From Vicugna vicugna (Eukaryota): a DNA stretch of 64,000 bases. Below the pieces are notes generated by a model that was not told the DNA's origin, did no database searches, and was given only the letters and a program-made list of their open reading frames with translations. Position numbers and translations under genes: made by a program. The stretch is from positions 124,001 to 188,000 of the forward strand of contig MU058054.1 of the NCBI GenBank assembly GCA_013265495.1, read 5' to 3'. Below are positions 35,861 through 48,899 of the stretch, piece after piece; the first letter of the stretch is position 1; each line of letters begins with the position of its first letter.

Positions 35861-37509
35861 AACCTCAGGTCAAGGCTAAGTGAGCAGAGTGGCATCCTAC
35901 CATGCGTTGGGCATTGTGCCAGGTGCTGAGGTCCTACTGTGAACAGAAGACGCCTGCAGAGTGACCAGTGCTGTAAGCACCCTCCTCACCCATACAGAAG
36001 CATAAATAGGTCTGGAAAGAGTTTGCCCTCTGACCCTTCCGGACAGGCCAGGAGATACATGTTAACGGCTGAAGGCGTACAGCCAAGGCACCTAACTGCT
36101 CTCAGCATTTTTGAAGATTAGTCAGGTCCTTCATACCAAAGGCACTTCATAAACTGTAAAAATCCTCCACAGATGTTTGTCTGTAAATCTAAATCGTAAT
36201 AAAAACAACAAGAGAATGAGATACTGTTGGCAGAATTTCAGGCAAGGGCCCTTGCGTGGCAGAAAGCATTCAAAGCATCCCCCCCCCACCCCGAAAACCA
36301 ATTCGTTGCTCCCTGACCATCCTACCTTCAATGTTTTGACCCAGTTTAGGCTCCCCTTTAAAAACCCAGATAAATATTTCCTCACTATAATTACAGGCGA
36401 GTCTCAGGATGTCTGTCGTAAGTTGAGCTGGCAGAAAAGGGACAATTAACCAAGGCATGTAATTGAAGGGTAGGTAAATACATCCGGTGGCAGATGAGGC
36501 CCCTTCCTATTGGACACTATTCCCAGTATCCAAGGGCAAAGACAGGCACGTGCTTCATTTAGACCAGAGGATGATGCGCACTTTATTATTAAAGGCTCCC
36601 GTCGAGAAGTGAGGTGTGTGTGTGGATGTGGGTGATGGAGACATGCCGGTGCCTCCTGCATGGACTGAGTCCACGGGCTCCTTTTCCTACCCTGGAGGCT
36701 TTCCATGCTGCTGGCAGTGGCTCTGTTTAAAAAAAGCCTGCTAATCATGAGATCGGAGGGCACATTGGCAGTAGAGACAGTGCGACTCCTGTCACTGAGC
36801 AGAACAATGAAAAGTTCAAAAATAGTAGCGTCTGCTGGTGGAGAACCAATAAACATATAATTTCCAGGTAATTGCTATCATGTAATTAGCTCTCTGCTTT
36901 TATATGCCCCAGCAGAAATTGGGTTGGGGAGCAACTGTAACACGGCTTAATAATCACGGTAACATTCCACAGCAAAATGAAGACTTTTCTTTTTCCCCTC
37001 CAACAAAAACTGAGGGTCAAAGAGCACCAAGACCACTAAGCCTGGGCCCAATTCATATTGACTGGTGAGCAAGGTGCTTGGGTGACAGAAATTGGGCTCT
37101 GGGCTCAGAATATGAAGAGCTGGTTTTCATGCCAGCTCTGCCTGGTCCCCGGGTGCGACCCCTCCTCCAGCTCCCAGTGGTCCTTCTAATCTGTAAAATG
37201 ATGGTGTTGGGCTAACTTGTGCATCTTCATCACACTCAAGTGGGTGAACACTGGTTCTGGGGATGATAAAGTCTTAGCGATTACAATGGCTTGTGGCCCT
37301 CCAAAACTCAACCCTGCCTGGCAAAATCTTACTTCTCAGCGTTTAATTTATTTCTCTCATCAGGTTTTCTTTGGTATCAGAGGAACAGCACTGACATCAA
37401 GTTCATGGAAGAGATACAAAAAGCATTCAAGGTCAGTGCTGCAAAACTTCGGGGGCTAGACGGTGGGGACTGGAAGACTTCCTTTGCATCGCCCGCTCCA
37501 TCACAAAGT

Positions 37510-37835
37510 CCCTTACAAGAGATGACTCGTGTGTGCCCAGGAGCTGCCTCCTGGGTGGTGTTGGTTTATTTCTCAGTGATTCTGTGTGTAACTTGGGCTC
37601 CGAGAGTTAAATAAAAAATCATTATATTTTACTATTTCATTCTGCTAAGTTATTCAAGCCATCAATAATGATGTCAAATGATGAAAAGAAAAAATGTCAA
37701 CAATATCTGAAAGAATAACACACGTGTGTGTGCAGTATCTGTGGTATTAAAATTTCAAGGGGGGCAATGATTCGGATTTTTTTTTTAAGTCTGAAAACAA
37801 TCTTGGGTAGGTAAATAGTAGGTTGAGAGCATGGC
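37510..37835. mobile_element. Old hAT-Charlie non-autonomous element (subfamily uncertain)
   Basis: ctgtggtattaaaatttcaagggggg..aggttgagagcatgg terminus. Confidence 0.45.
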
Positions 37836-37905
37836 ACTAGATGATTCTAAGGGTCCTTCCAGCTAGGAGACTCCGTAGGTGCATGATTAGGAATTATTCT
37901 GTCGA

Positions 37906-38020
37906 GGGGAGGGTATAGCTCAGTGGTAGAGCACCTGCTTAGCATGCACCACAAGGTCCTGGGTTCAATCCCCAGTATAAATAAATACTTAATTACCTCC
38001 CCTCCCCCGCTCCCCCCAAA
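37906..38020 (+). mobile_element. vic-1-like SINE
   Basis: ggggagggtatagctcagtggtagagcacctgcttagcatgc..gggttcaatccccagta. Confidence 0.9.
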
Positions 38021-38205
38021 AGGAAGTGTCCTGTGAGTTGTGCCCACCCAGCGCAGCGATGTCACTTACCGGTCTTATGAATTTGGGAAGATTCCCTGAC
38101 CCCTCTGAGCCTTGAATTTCTCATGTGGAAAGAAGGCATACATATGCGCATCATAAATGTCATCATCTTCCTTCCGGGGGAAGAGAAATGGACCAGTTTG
38201 GCAGG

Positions 38206-38672
38206 GTCTTCATTTGTGTTCTCCTAAGAACAGAGCCTGAGATGAGGACTTGAATGCAGGGGGTGTTTTGGGAGATGATCCCAGGAAGCAGGAATAAGAG
38301 GGTCGGGGGTAGCGAGACAGGAAAGGGGGAAAGCCAGTAAAGACTGTGAGTTGGTTATTGCTGTGTGCAGGTGGGCCTCAGTCCTGCTGGCGAACTCTGA
38401 AGAATCATCTAGAAGTCATCTCAGAATTGTTCCTTTGAATGGCAGGAGGCTGGGCTCTTAAGCACTGATTTTCATTCCTCCACGGCAGAGGGTTATCCCC
38501 AGGGATGTTGACTCTGCTACACTTTGAGGTTGCCCTGCACTTAGGCTGAATGAGATTCTGTAACTTTGGAGAAAGGTTTGAGGCAGAAAAGGGGGTAAAA
38601 TGCCTGAGGTGGGACATAGTGTGCTTGGAAATATCCATCTTGGCCTCAGTGGTGGCACAGAGCCTCTGCCAC
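38206..38672 (-). mobile_element. ERVL LTR33-like LTR
   Basis: cagagcctgagatgaggacttgaatgcag..ttgggagatgatcccaggaagca..ctcagaattgttcc. Confidence 0.7.
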
Positions 38673-38716
38673 AACCACAATAGAGGGTGTGTTGAAGTGT
38701 AGTCCTGGCCATAGCA

Positions 38717-38820
38717 CCATCCATCCATCCTCACATCCATCCATACATCATCTATGCACCCATCCATTTGTTCATGCATCCCTGCATCCATCCATGCATA
38801 CGTCGATCCATCCATCATCT
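38717..38820. repeat. Degenerate (CCAT)n tetranucleotide repeat
   Basis: Read directly. Confidence 0.85.
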
Positions 38821-39859
38821 AGTCATCATCTTCCTTCCTACTTCTATAAAGAATTTGAGGGAAGCCACCAACATGTGCTAAGGCTCTGGAAAAGTCATTC
38901 CCTCTTTCTGGGATTGCCTTCTTCTCTGGAAAAAAAAATGTGGTAGGGGATTGGAATGCTTGGCTTAAAGCCCCCTGCCAGCTTTGGAGTCTGAAGTCTA
39001 ATAAAAACAAGCATTGAAAAGGCAGGTGGGGTGTGGGTTGTCAGCAGCCCACAGCGGCTGGAGATCTGAAGTAAAGATGTGTTCTGGTGAGGCTGGTTGT
39101 TTGTCCAGAGAGGCAAGGCCCTGGGGCAGGTCCTCACTCCAGAATTTGGTCCTCAGAGCTTCAGACACTTAGTTATTGAATCTGGGTATGATCGGATTCT
39201 GGAAATGGAAGTAAAGGTGGTTGAGGAGCTAGAACGTGGGCCCTGACTCAGAATCCCCAAGTTCATCAGATACATCAGAGGCCAATTTATTTAGAATGAG
39301 CTCTAACTGTCAAGAGAATCAGAACCCTATATGGGCTGATCAGCACATCACATCCTCTCTCTACAGGGAATCTATATGGAAAGTCAGATGCTGAACACAA
39401 GGCTACTTGGGGAGTCTGATTCGGAGCCCGGGCGGGAGCAGGGGGTCTTCATGGCAGGTGTCACTAAGCCGTAACAGTCGGATACATCCATCTCTCTGTG
39501 GGGCCAAGCTTGCAGAGGGGCTGACAACGAGCCCGCCTTCTCCCCTGCCAGTGTTGAGACACACAGCCACATTCTGTTCTCTGAGTCCTCACTCCAGCTG
39601 TCCATGCTCCCATTGAGAGTTCTTAGAGCACCCTGACTGGATACAGTGAAATCGATTTTTAATCAGTTTCCTTAACTGAAATCACATTTCAATTCTGCTT
39701 CCCGGGAATAAGTCTTGGGTGCACTTAACCCTTTCGGTTACCTACCAAATGTTACTTTAGGGTGGCTGATGGCAGCCATCATGTGTAGGTTCTTCTAGTT
39801 TGGCTCTCTGAGAGTTTACTGGCTAGCCATCCACTGTTGCCTGGCAACACACAACCCCC

Positions 39860-40289
39860 CTACCCCCAGATCTATTCTCTGCCCTCTCCATGCCCCAAAG
39901 TCTGCCTCTGGAGATGCACCTCCCGGCCTCCCTTGCCAGTTTCCTTCTGGTTGGCAGGAGACTGGAGACAGTCTCTATCTCCCTGCTGTGATGGCCTGTC
40001 TTTGGCAGTGGCTGCCTCTCTCCATGGCTATAGCTCCTGATGGGCAGTCCCTTCTCCCTGGTCCAGCTCATACTGGGCTCCAGCAACACTACTTACTCCT
40101 CTTGTCCTTTCAGATCTAAGGGTGGTAACAACATTCCTCCTCCCTCAGATGCTGGTCTCTGAATGCTCCAGCATCCCTTGTTGGTTCCCTGAATTCTGCT
40201 CAGATTTCTGCAAGTATCTCCCTCCACCAAGTGTCATTTGAACTACCCGGGGTGAATTCTACTTTTTGCTGTTTGACCCTGATCATCAT
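39860..40289 (+). mobile_element. ERVL LTR33/LTR41-type LTR
   Basis: ctcttgtcctttcagatctaagggtggtaac..catcccttgttggttccctgaattctgc; related to the minus copy at about 61.1-61.5 kb. Confidence 0.6.
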
Positions 40290-41894
40290 AGAGGGTACCC
40301 TTATCCTCAGAGTGTTGCTAGGGACTCATGATAGTTTCCCATATCTTCACAAAAGAAGGGCTTTCTGTTTTCACGTGACAACATGTGCTAGTGTAAGATC
40401 AAAAGCAATTGACATTGACAGGTTTAGAAACCCTGGGCAAGAGTAAAGTGTTCGAAGAAATGTCTCAGCTGGACAATGGCACATTAAGGAGGAGAAAATT
40501 ATGACCAACAGTGACCTTCTCAATGACAACCCAAGGAGGGCACGCCTGTCCTGAAGGTCAACCCATCACATTTCACTTTAGGAGAAAAGAGAGGTATCAG
40601 ATCATAAGATATTAAAGTTATTAATTATTAAAATTCTAATCAGGCATTAAGGCACTTTAAACATTTAAAAATACACTGAGCTTCTAACAAATTGAATTTT
40701 ACAAAAAGAACATTGGTTGAAATGAACAGAAGTTAATTTCTCTGGGCCTCCCTTTCCTCTTTTGTTTGGCAGAACACATTTTATGATCCTTCTTACTAGT
40801 TTAAAAAGTCTGAGATTCCATGACCCATGGAGAGTCATTCTGCTCATTAGTATATTCATTCTGCTCAGCCTTTCTTCAACTTATTTGACCAGCTAACACT
40901 GTTATAGAGGAAACTGAGGCTCAGAATGATCTAGTAGCTTGCCTAATATCCCATAACCAGTAACTAGTAGGGCAGGACATTACACTGGTGTGTTCTCATT
41001 CATTACCTTGTTTAATCCTTGCAAAGGCAATAAGAAACAGGGGTTACTGCTCTTGTTTTAGAGATAAGGAAATGGTGGCTCACAATGATTGATGTGACAG
41101 AAAAGACAAAACTAGATTTCAGATCCAGGTCTTAGGACTCCAGCTCCAGGAGGCCACCAAGGGCCTCTGCCACACCTGATCTCCCTCCATCATGCCCTCC
41201 CTGCCTCTCCAAGAGATGTCCAAATACCCCACTGCTAGTAATGGGGAATGAGGTGAGAAGAACTGTGTGTCTGCAGAAGAGCAATCAGTTTCCTCAGGGG
41301 ACAATAATAACGATACTTAGATTAAATTAATTTCAGACTGTCACAGCAAGTCTTTGTCCTCTGCCTAACTGAAACACATCCTCCTTTTGAACAATTATGG
41401 AAGGAATTGTATTTCCCCCCTTTTCTCCCTGGCTGCTAGGAAGCTCAGAAGCACGTCTAATGCCCAATCAGTGAAGATATGACCCCTTTCATGAGTATAT
41501 CTGCCATCTCTTCCTCCTGGACATCATTCTCTTTGTTATTGCCCTTACTTTTAGTCTGTCCTTTGTTGTAAAGTTTTGCTTTTTTTTCTTTTTCTTTTTT
41601 TTTTTAACCTAACTTGCTTCTTTTCCATGAAAATATACACTCTTAGAAGACAGGAGTTTTAATGCTTGCAGAATAGTCTTATGAATGGAAACAACTTCAT
41701 TTAACCAATTCCTTCTTGTTAGAAATTAAATGATTTCCTATTCTTATATTTAGACAGAAGGTAGACAGACGGGTAGACAGAGAGATGAGGAAATGAAAAT
41801 AAAGAAGAATACTCATATAGGTATCAAGACCCAAAAGTATGGCAGTGCAGCACTAAATGTCACCTGAACCTTTTAATTTATTATTATTATTATT

Positions 41895-42135
41895 TAATTT
41901 TTTATTGAAGTGTAGTCAGTTTCAGTGTGTCAATTTCTGGTGTTCAGCACAATGTCCCAGTCATGCATATACATACATATATTCATTTTCATATTCTTTT
42001 TCATTAAAGGTTATTACAAGATATTGAATATATTTTTATACAAACAAACAAAATTTGTTTGTTTTTTAATCTATTTTTATGTATAGCGGTTAACTTTTGC
42101 AAGTCTCAAACTCCCAAATTTATCGCTTCCCATCA
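41895..42135 (-). mobile_element. Lineage-specific L1 3' end
   Basis: ttattgaagtgtagtcagtt..tgtgtcaatttctggtg..tctcaaactcccaaatttatc. Confidence 0.85.
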
Positions 42136-42629
42136 CCTTTCTTGTATAAATAATACACAGATACATTCTCTGGTTTAAAAAGAAATGACCATTGCTGATA
42201 AGGGTAACGTCTTTCTGGACCCCTTGACTCTAGTAGCTTCCCTGTCAGACCCCAGAGAAAACCATTATTATCAGTTTGGTGTGTAAACTTCTCTGCCCTT
42301 TCCTATGAATATATAAATGCTCCCATAGAAAATTGACTTATCTCTATGTTTTGACAGCTAATCTTCTGGGTTGTGCCTAGGGTTACCTTTCATATTCATG
42401 ATTACTTTTTAAGACAGGCCACAAGTATATAAGTGTATGTAAGTGAAATAAGTTATGTAACCTCAGAGAGAAAAGGTGTCACGTGGGAAATATCTCTAAA
42501 AACTCCACAGCCTTTAAGAAAATAGAGAGCTCATATTCCCCCAGTAGCTTCTAGGGTACTTTCTCTTTTCTGGGTTAGTCTCAGTACCCAGGGCTCTCAG
42601 GAGCTGCCAAGGCAGTCAGCGCACTCTGT

Positions 42630-42810
42630 GTGGAAAGGGTGAGTGTAAGAAGGAAAGATCCTTGGTGATCACGCCCAGCTCCCACTCTACAGATGGGTAT
42701 GTCAAGGCTCAGGGAGGAAGAAACGAACTTCCAAGGTCAAACAATTGGGGAGCGGCAGGGCTGGGGTAGAAACCTAGGCTTCCCAATTCCCAGACCAGTA
42801 ACCTGTCTAC
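42630..42810 (-). mobile_element. MIR SINE
   Basis: cccactctacagatgg..aaggctcaggga..ccaaggtca..ggcagggctgggg.agaaaccta. Confidence 0.6.
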
Positions 42811-42964
42811 ACTCACACGCCCAGTTCCTGCTTTCCCTCTGGGAACTTGCCCACAGACGAAGCTGTGAGCAATCGCTCGGAGGTGCTAACTCTCAGCCTA
42901 GTCTTGCACACACATTGCGGACAACGCAGATGTGGGAAGACGGTGAAGGTGAAGGAGATTGCAT

Positions 42965-43380
42965 GGATGCACTCCTTCCTTCACTTATCCTGGTGTTCAC
43001 AGAGCGCCTTCTCCATTCCAGGAACTGTGACAGGTGACACAGGGACTCAGAGGTGACACGGGGACTCTGACACCTGTCAGAACTGTGACAGGTGACACAG
43101 AGACCAGGTCCTGCCCTCCAGGAGCTCACAGCCTAACAGAGGATGAATGACAAAGGTGATAACATGTGTGGTGCCAAGTCTGAAGTGCCAAGTGCTGGTG
43201 GGGGGAGGGGGAGAATACAGAGAGCGCCCAGACCCCACGGCATCTAAGAGTGGGAAGTTGGAGAAGGCGTTTTGGAAGAGGTGGCATCTGAACGAGGCTT
43301 GAAGGATGATTAGGTTACCCACGGGGCAGTAAATGAAGGAAAACTCGAGGCACAGCGATGTTCCAAGAAAGAAAAGCAAG
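42965..43380 (-). mobile_element. L2 fragment
   Basis: ggtcctgccctccaggagctcacagcctaa..ggagaaggc..ggaagaggtggcatctgaac..cttgaaggatga. Confidence 0.7.
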
Positions 43381-43520
43381 CGGCGTTGGGGAGGGTATAG
43401 CTCAAGCGGTAGAGCGTATGCCCAGCAAGCATGAGGTCCTGGGTTCGTTCCCCAGTACCTCCATTAAAAAAAAAAAATTAAATAAATAGACCTAATTACC
43501 TCCCTCCCCAAAGGAAAGAA
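43381..43520 (+). mobile_element. vic-1-like SINE
   Basis: A/B boxes; TSD aaagaaaagcaag at 43368-43380 and 43521-43533. Confidence 0.9.
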
Positions 43521-44184
43521 AAAGAAAAGCAAGAAGGGTTTTAGAGAAAAGGCATAGCTCAGTTTCGTAGGAAATGAAGATGCTTATAAAGGATATTGGG
43601 GTCGGGCTTAGCCCCCTTGACCTGCAATCATGAGGCTTGTATCTTGCCACTTCCACTAAAGCCTGTGTTCCCAGAGGCCTCACATCTCTGAATCCTCTTG
43701 GTGCTCAGCAAAGGCATGCATACATTGCATCATCGTGGATTATATTATATTAATAATGATAGTATGTAACATTATATTACAATGCACACATTGTATGTCT
43801 GCATATACACACTATTGATTACTTACACTTGCATATATTTAGAAAGGAGGAAGGGGGAGATGTAAAGAAGGAAAAAGGGGAGTAAGTAGACAAACAGGCA
43901 AGGAAATGACGCCCTCCTGTCGCCCATTCTTTACCCTTCCCTGGAGATACTATGTTTCTTCATTCTAGGAGTCTAAATAAATTGTCAGTTCAATCCTGTG
44001 CGGTAATGTGGCTGTGTCGCAAATGACTTGACTGCATCTCTTAAGCACGGTAATCACTATTTATTACTTCATAGGAGTTACAAGTAGCTGTGCTCTTCTC
44101 ACCCCCAAGAGGAATGTATGACTGCCACGAATCCCCTCAGGAACCAGGAACACAAAACTCCCTCTTCTGAGGGAAAAACACATC

Positions 44185-45030
44185 CTCTCTAATGATTCAG
44201 GAAATGCCAATTAAAACATTACGAAATGTTCCCCCTGAAATTAGCAAAATTTTTAAATGAATGAGAACATGCACGAACATGATCGGGTTATTCTAATTCA
44301 TATGAATCAAGCATGTAAGAAGAATCTTAAAATGTTCATACTCCTCTAACGGAAAAGAAGCTGAAAAAGAATATATGTATGTGTATACATGTGTCACTTT
44401 GCTGTACACCCGAAACTAACATAACATCGTAAATCAGCTGTACTTCAATTTAAAAAAAAAGCCCATACCCCTGGACGTTAATTAACATTCCTATGGATTT
44501 ACCCAAAGGAAGAATTCTGATATGCGGACAGAGTATTAAGTACAAGGGTGTTCACTTCAGTATTATTTATCATTGGGAAACATTAGAAATAATAGAATGT
44601 CAAATGTGAAGGTCATGGTTAATAAATTGCAGTGTACCCAGCCAGGGNNNNNNNNNNNNNNNNNNNNNNNNNNNNNNNNNNNNNNNNNNNNNNNNNNNNN
44701 NNNNNNNNNNNNNNNNNNNNNNNNNNNNNNNNNNAACTACATAACATCGTAAATCAGCTGTACTTCAATTTAAAAAAAAAAGCCCATATCCCTGGACGTT
44801 AATTAACATTCCTATGGATTTACCCAAAGGAAGAATTCTGATATGCGGACAGAGTATTAAGTACAAGGGTGTTCACTTCAGTATTATTTATCATTGGGAA
44901 ACATTAGAAATAATAGAATGTCAAATGTGAAGGTCATGGTTAATAAATTGCAGTGTACCCAGCCAGGGAAGTATTATGCATGTCCTACAATGGATGCTCC
45001 TGGAAGATTTTCTACTGGCATAGAAATATG
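44185..45030 (+). mobile_element. Old L1ME-type fragment with a short younger L1 tail at about 44352-44460
   Basis: caggaaatgccaattaaaac..gtacaagggtgttcacttcagtattattt..ggttaataaattg; insert gtcacttttgctgtacacccgaaactaac..ttcaatttaaaaa. Confidence 0.65.
44648..44734. other. Assembly gap (87 N)
   Basis: Run of N. Confidence 1.
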
Positions 45031-45064
45031 TGCCTCTGTGTCTGTCTGTGTTTGAGCACTGGTT

Positions 45065-46330
45065 TGTTTATCCATAAATACTTCAGTGTGTTTTCCCTAA
45101 AAATAAAGACAAAATAAAGACTTTCTTACATAACAGTAAGTGAAGTCAGGAAGTTGATAACGAAACAATCCCATCACTTAATCCACAGACATAAACATTT
45201 CGCCATTGCCCCAGTGATGTTCTTTATCGCAAAAGGGGAAAAATATTTCTTCTGATTTAGGAAACAATCTTGGATCACATATTGTATTTAGTGGTCACAT
45301 CTCTTTAGCCTCCTTTAATTTGGAACAGTTTCTCACTCTTTCCTTGTCATTCATGATTTTGGTAACTTTGAACAGGTCAGTTATTTTGTAGGATGTCCCT
45401 CAGTTTGGGTTTATCTGATGTTTCCGTATGATTAGACTCCGGTTATGCCTTTCTGTCAGAAACATGATGCAGGTGATGGCGTGTCCTGATTAAATCAAGA
45501 GGCGCGTGGTGTCTCCCTGTCACATTACTGGCGATGTTAACTTTGATCACTCAATTAAGGTGGTGGCTGTCAGGTTTCTCCACTGTAAACATATTACTCT
45601 TTCTTTTATAATGAATAAGCATCTCGTGGGGAGATGCTCTGAGACTATGCAAATATCCCGCTTTTTTGTTAAATGTTTACCTTCCAGTTTTAGCATCTGT
45701 TGATGATACTTGTTTGAAACATTCCTTTCTTACAGTAGTTGCCAAAGGGTGATTTTCTGGTTTCATCAATCCTTCTTTACTAATTGTAATTCTGCCCTAG
45801 GGAGGAATTCCCTTCTCCCTCGTATATATATTCATCTTTTTACCATCATGGATTCTTTCCAAAAAAATTTTAATTGTCATTTTTATTCTTTTTTATTGAA
45901 GTATAGCTGATTTACAATGTTGCGTTAGTTCTAGTAAAGCAAAGAGATTCGGTTATCCATATACAACAGGGATTCTTATTTATTTATTTTTATTTTATGA
46001 GTTATTATTTATCATATCATGATTTATTTTGATGCTCACGTTGCCCCAGATTTGGCCAATGAGAACCTCTTCAGTTGACTCCTATGTCCTTTTGCTCTAC
46101 CTTTATCATTTTTTTTCTGGCATTTGCATGTTATCTGATGCAACAAGATGTTCCAGGCTTACCTTGGACTGTCCATGCCCCAGTCCTAAAATCAGTCATT
46201 TCTCTAAAGAAGCCTTGGTTACTTTTAGTGGATAATAGTATTTAGAAACCAAGATTTGAGCAATAAGTATGTTCATTACTACTAAGGTTTCATTGCCTCT
46301 GGGCCCCTGTCAGCAGACACAGCTAGGAAA
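45065..46330 (-). mobile_element. L1MC-type 3' region
   Basis: aaatacttcagtgtgttttccctaaaaa..attactggcgatgttaactttgatcact..caagatgttccaggcttaccttg..gtatttagaaaccaagat. Confidence 0.8.
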
Positions 46331-46367
46331 CACACACACACACACACATACACACACACACACACAC
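46330..46367. repeat. (CA)n microsatellite
   Basis: Read directly. Confidence 0.95.
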
Positions 46368-47179
46368 CCCTATACTCACATATCTGAAAATACGTTTTTA
46401 ACACAATATTAAGCAGAAAAATACAGAATTATATACATACATACTTATGTACATGCATGTGTGAATATATATGTATATGTCAGACTGAGCCCTCGCTCAG
46501 CCTTAGGAAAGAGAGGGGGACAAGGTACATATTCAAAAACAAGCAGGGGCTTTCTTTATGGTCCAAACCCGTGAAGGGTCTATGTGAGACTGAAAGCAGG
46601 CATGACTGGACTAGAGAAGGAAGCAGCAGCCCCAGTTGTTGAAGTAAGCCACCCTAAAGGAGGGAAGAACACCAAGATTCCATGTCCAGGATTAATGGGG
46701 AAAAAAAAAAAGTGCCCACGGGGAAACTGAAACTGACAGGGGAATGAATCGTGAAACTGTAGCAGGAGCAGCCAGGCCCACGGACCTTGCATTTCTCCAA
46801 GTGCCCCGCGTGTAAGAGCTTTGGGGGTAAGTGCTTGGATTAATGAGAAAGAGCCATGGGCTGAGTGACTGTCAAAGTCTGGAAGGAATGAAAAACATCC
46901 AAGCCCAGAAGACCAGCTGCTGAGGTTCCACCCGGCAGCAGGTCCTGCCCATCAAAAGAGTGTGGAGTACAAGTTCCAGCAGTTGTCTTGCCCCTCCCTA
47001 TAAACAAACAGCTCAACCAGAGGCAGCCATCAGCCTAATCAGACAATGCAACTGCAAAAAAATGCATACACAGCCAAGAATCACCAATCGTTGAAGGTGT
47101 GCAATGTTATAATAGAGACATACTATGTCTAACAAAGAGATAAATGCACATCTGAGGAAAGAGAATTAATAGGGTAATC

Positions 47180-47900
47180 GGAACTAGACTTAAAAATAAA
47201 CGTAATGATAAATCCTCAGAGAGTAAGGGAGAGTATTTCATTTGTGAAACAGGAAGAGCTGGTTGCAAAAAAAGAAACAATTAGTGATTTTGTAATAAAA
47301 AGTATAATTATTGAAATTAAAATATAGACGGCCTAATAGAATGAACACAGTTAAAGAGTGAATCAGGGAAGTGGAAGATGAGATCTAGGAATTCTGGATT
47401 GCAACACAAAGTGATGGAGATGGATGGCAAAAAGGAAGCTTACGGATGTGGGGAGTAGACTCAGAAGTGTCAATATTTATCTAATGAGTTTTGGAGCTAT
47501 AGGGCAGAGATAATGGAATGGATGCAATATTTAAAGAGATAATAGCCAGAGATTACCAGAATTTTTCTTTAAAAAGTAAGTCTTCAGATTGAAAGGGTCC
47601 ACCACGTACCAATAAAAACTTTTAACCCACCTTTAGGCTTATCATAGTGAAATTTCAGAACATGAAGGATAAAGTAGAAATTCTACATTAAGTGCTCATC
47701 TAAAAAAAATCAGATTTACCAACTGCAACAGAATGAAGTCAGGTTTCTTTTTGGTAACATCACTTCAATAGCTTCAAAATGCTAACCATAGGGACATTTG
47801 CGTTCATTATTTAATAGCCAAATTATTATTTAAATAAGAATTTAAAATGTGAAAGAGAGGCATTTTTGGACATAAAAGTGCTCAGAAAGCTTACTCACCT
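47180..47900 (+). mobile_element. Ancient L1 ORF1-like (L1ME/HAL1-type) remnant
   Basis: aatatttaaagagataatagc..gtcttcagattgaaagggtccacc..atcatagtgaaatttcagaac.tgaaggataaa resemble ORF1 IFKEII / LQIERAH / IIVKFQN.KDKE. Confidence 0.65.
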
Positions 47901-48364
47901 CTCCTTTCCAGATCCCTTCTGAAAATAATATAGAATAAAACAAAAACCAACAAGGTACTGTGCTCCAGTTAAGGAAAAAAATAAATAAATCTGAGAGGAA
48001 ACTGTCACACAAAGACCAAAGGTGAACAAGGAATTTAAGAAATCGTAATAAGAACTTTCTTGAAGAGTTATAAAATCTTCACCTGAAACTAAAATTTCAG
48101 GTGTCAGCAAAGTAGAAGTGTGTGGAAATATCCCATAAAAAGTGAAGGAGAATAAAAGTTTCTTATTGGCATTTTTGCCTTGTTTGGGTGAGGACATAGA
48201 TACTAATGAATTCTTTTAAAAATACATTTTAATAAGCACCTGAAATGGTACTCAGCATCATCAGTCATTAGGGAGATGCAAACCAAAATCCCAATGAGAT
48301 ACCACTTCACACCCAGCAGGACGACTATAATAAAAAAGACAGATAGATGGTGTTGGGTTGTTTT

Positions 48365-48555
48365 GTTTTTGTTTTTTTTATTGAGGTATAGTCAGTTTAC
48401 AATGTTGTGTCAATTTCTGGTGTACAGCACAATTCTTCAGTCATACATGAATATACATTCATTTTCATATTCTTTTTCACCATAAGCTACTACGAGATAT
48501 TGAATATATTTCCCTGTGCTGTACAGCATAAACTTGCTTATCTATTTTATAAACA
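48365..48555 (-). mobile_element. Lineage-specific L1 3' end
   Basis: ttattgaggtatagtcagtttacaatgttgtgtcaatttctggtgtacagcac. Confidence 0.85.
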
Positions 48556-48899
48556 GCGTTGTTGAATTCAACTATGTCCTCACTGACTTTCTGCCTGATG
48601 GATCTGTCCCTTTCTGACAGAGAAGTATTGAAATCTCTGACTATGACAGTGAATTCATCTATTTCAGTTTGATCAGTTTTTGCCTCATACAGGTTGACAT
48701 TTTGTTGTTAGGCACACACATGTCAAGAACTGTTATGTCTTCTTGGAGAAATGACCCCTTGATTATTATGTCATGTCATTTTTTAATCTCTGATAACTGT
48801 CTTATTTTGAAGTTAGCTCTGCCTGAAATTAACATGGCTACTCCTGCTTTCTTTTGATTAATGTCAGCCTAGTATATTTCTCTATTTATGTCCTTTTTT

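Noticed and set aside
37906..37980. tRNA-like sequence with A and B boxes (also in the other copies)
   Set aside because: These are SINE heads followed by a tRNA-unrelated part, A tail and TSD, not functional tRNA genes
43022..43105. Repeat-spacer-repeat pattern resembling a CRISPR array
   Set aside because: Only two full units, the spacer is derived from the repeat itself, the context is a mammalian L2 and there are no cas genes
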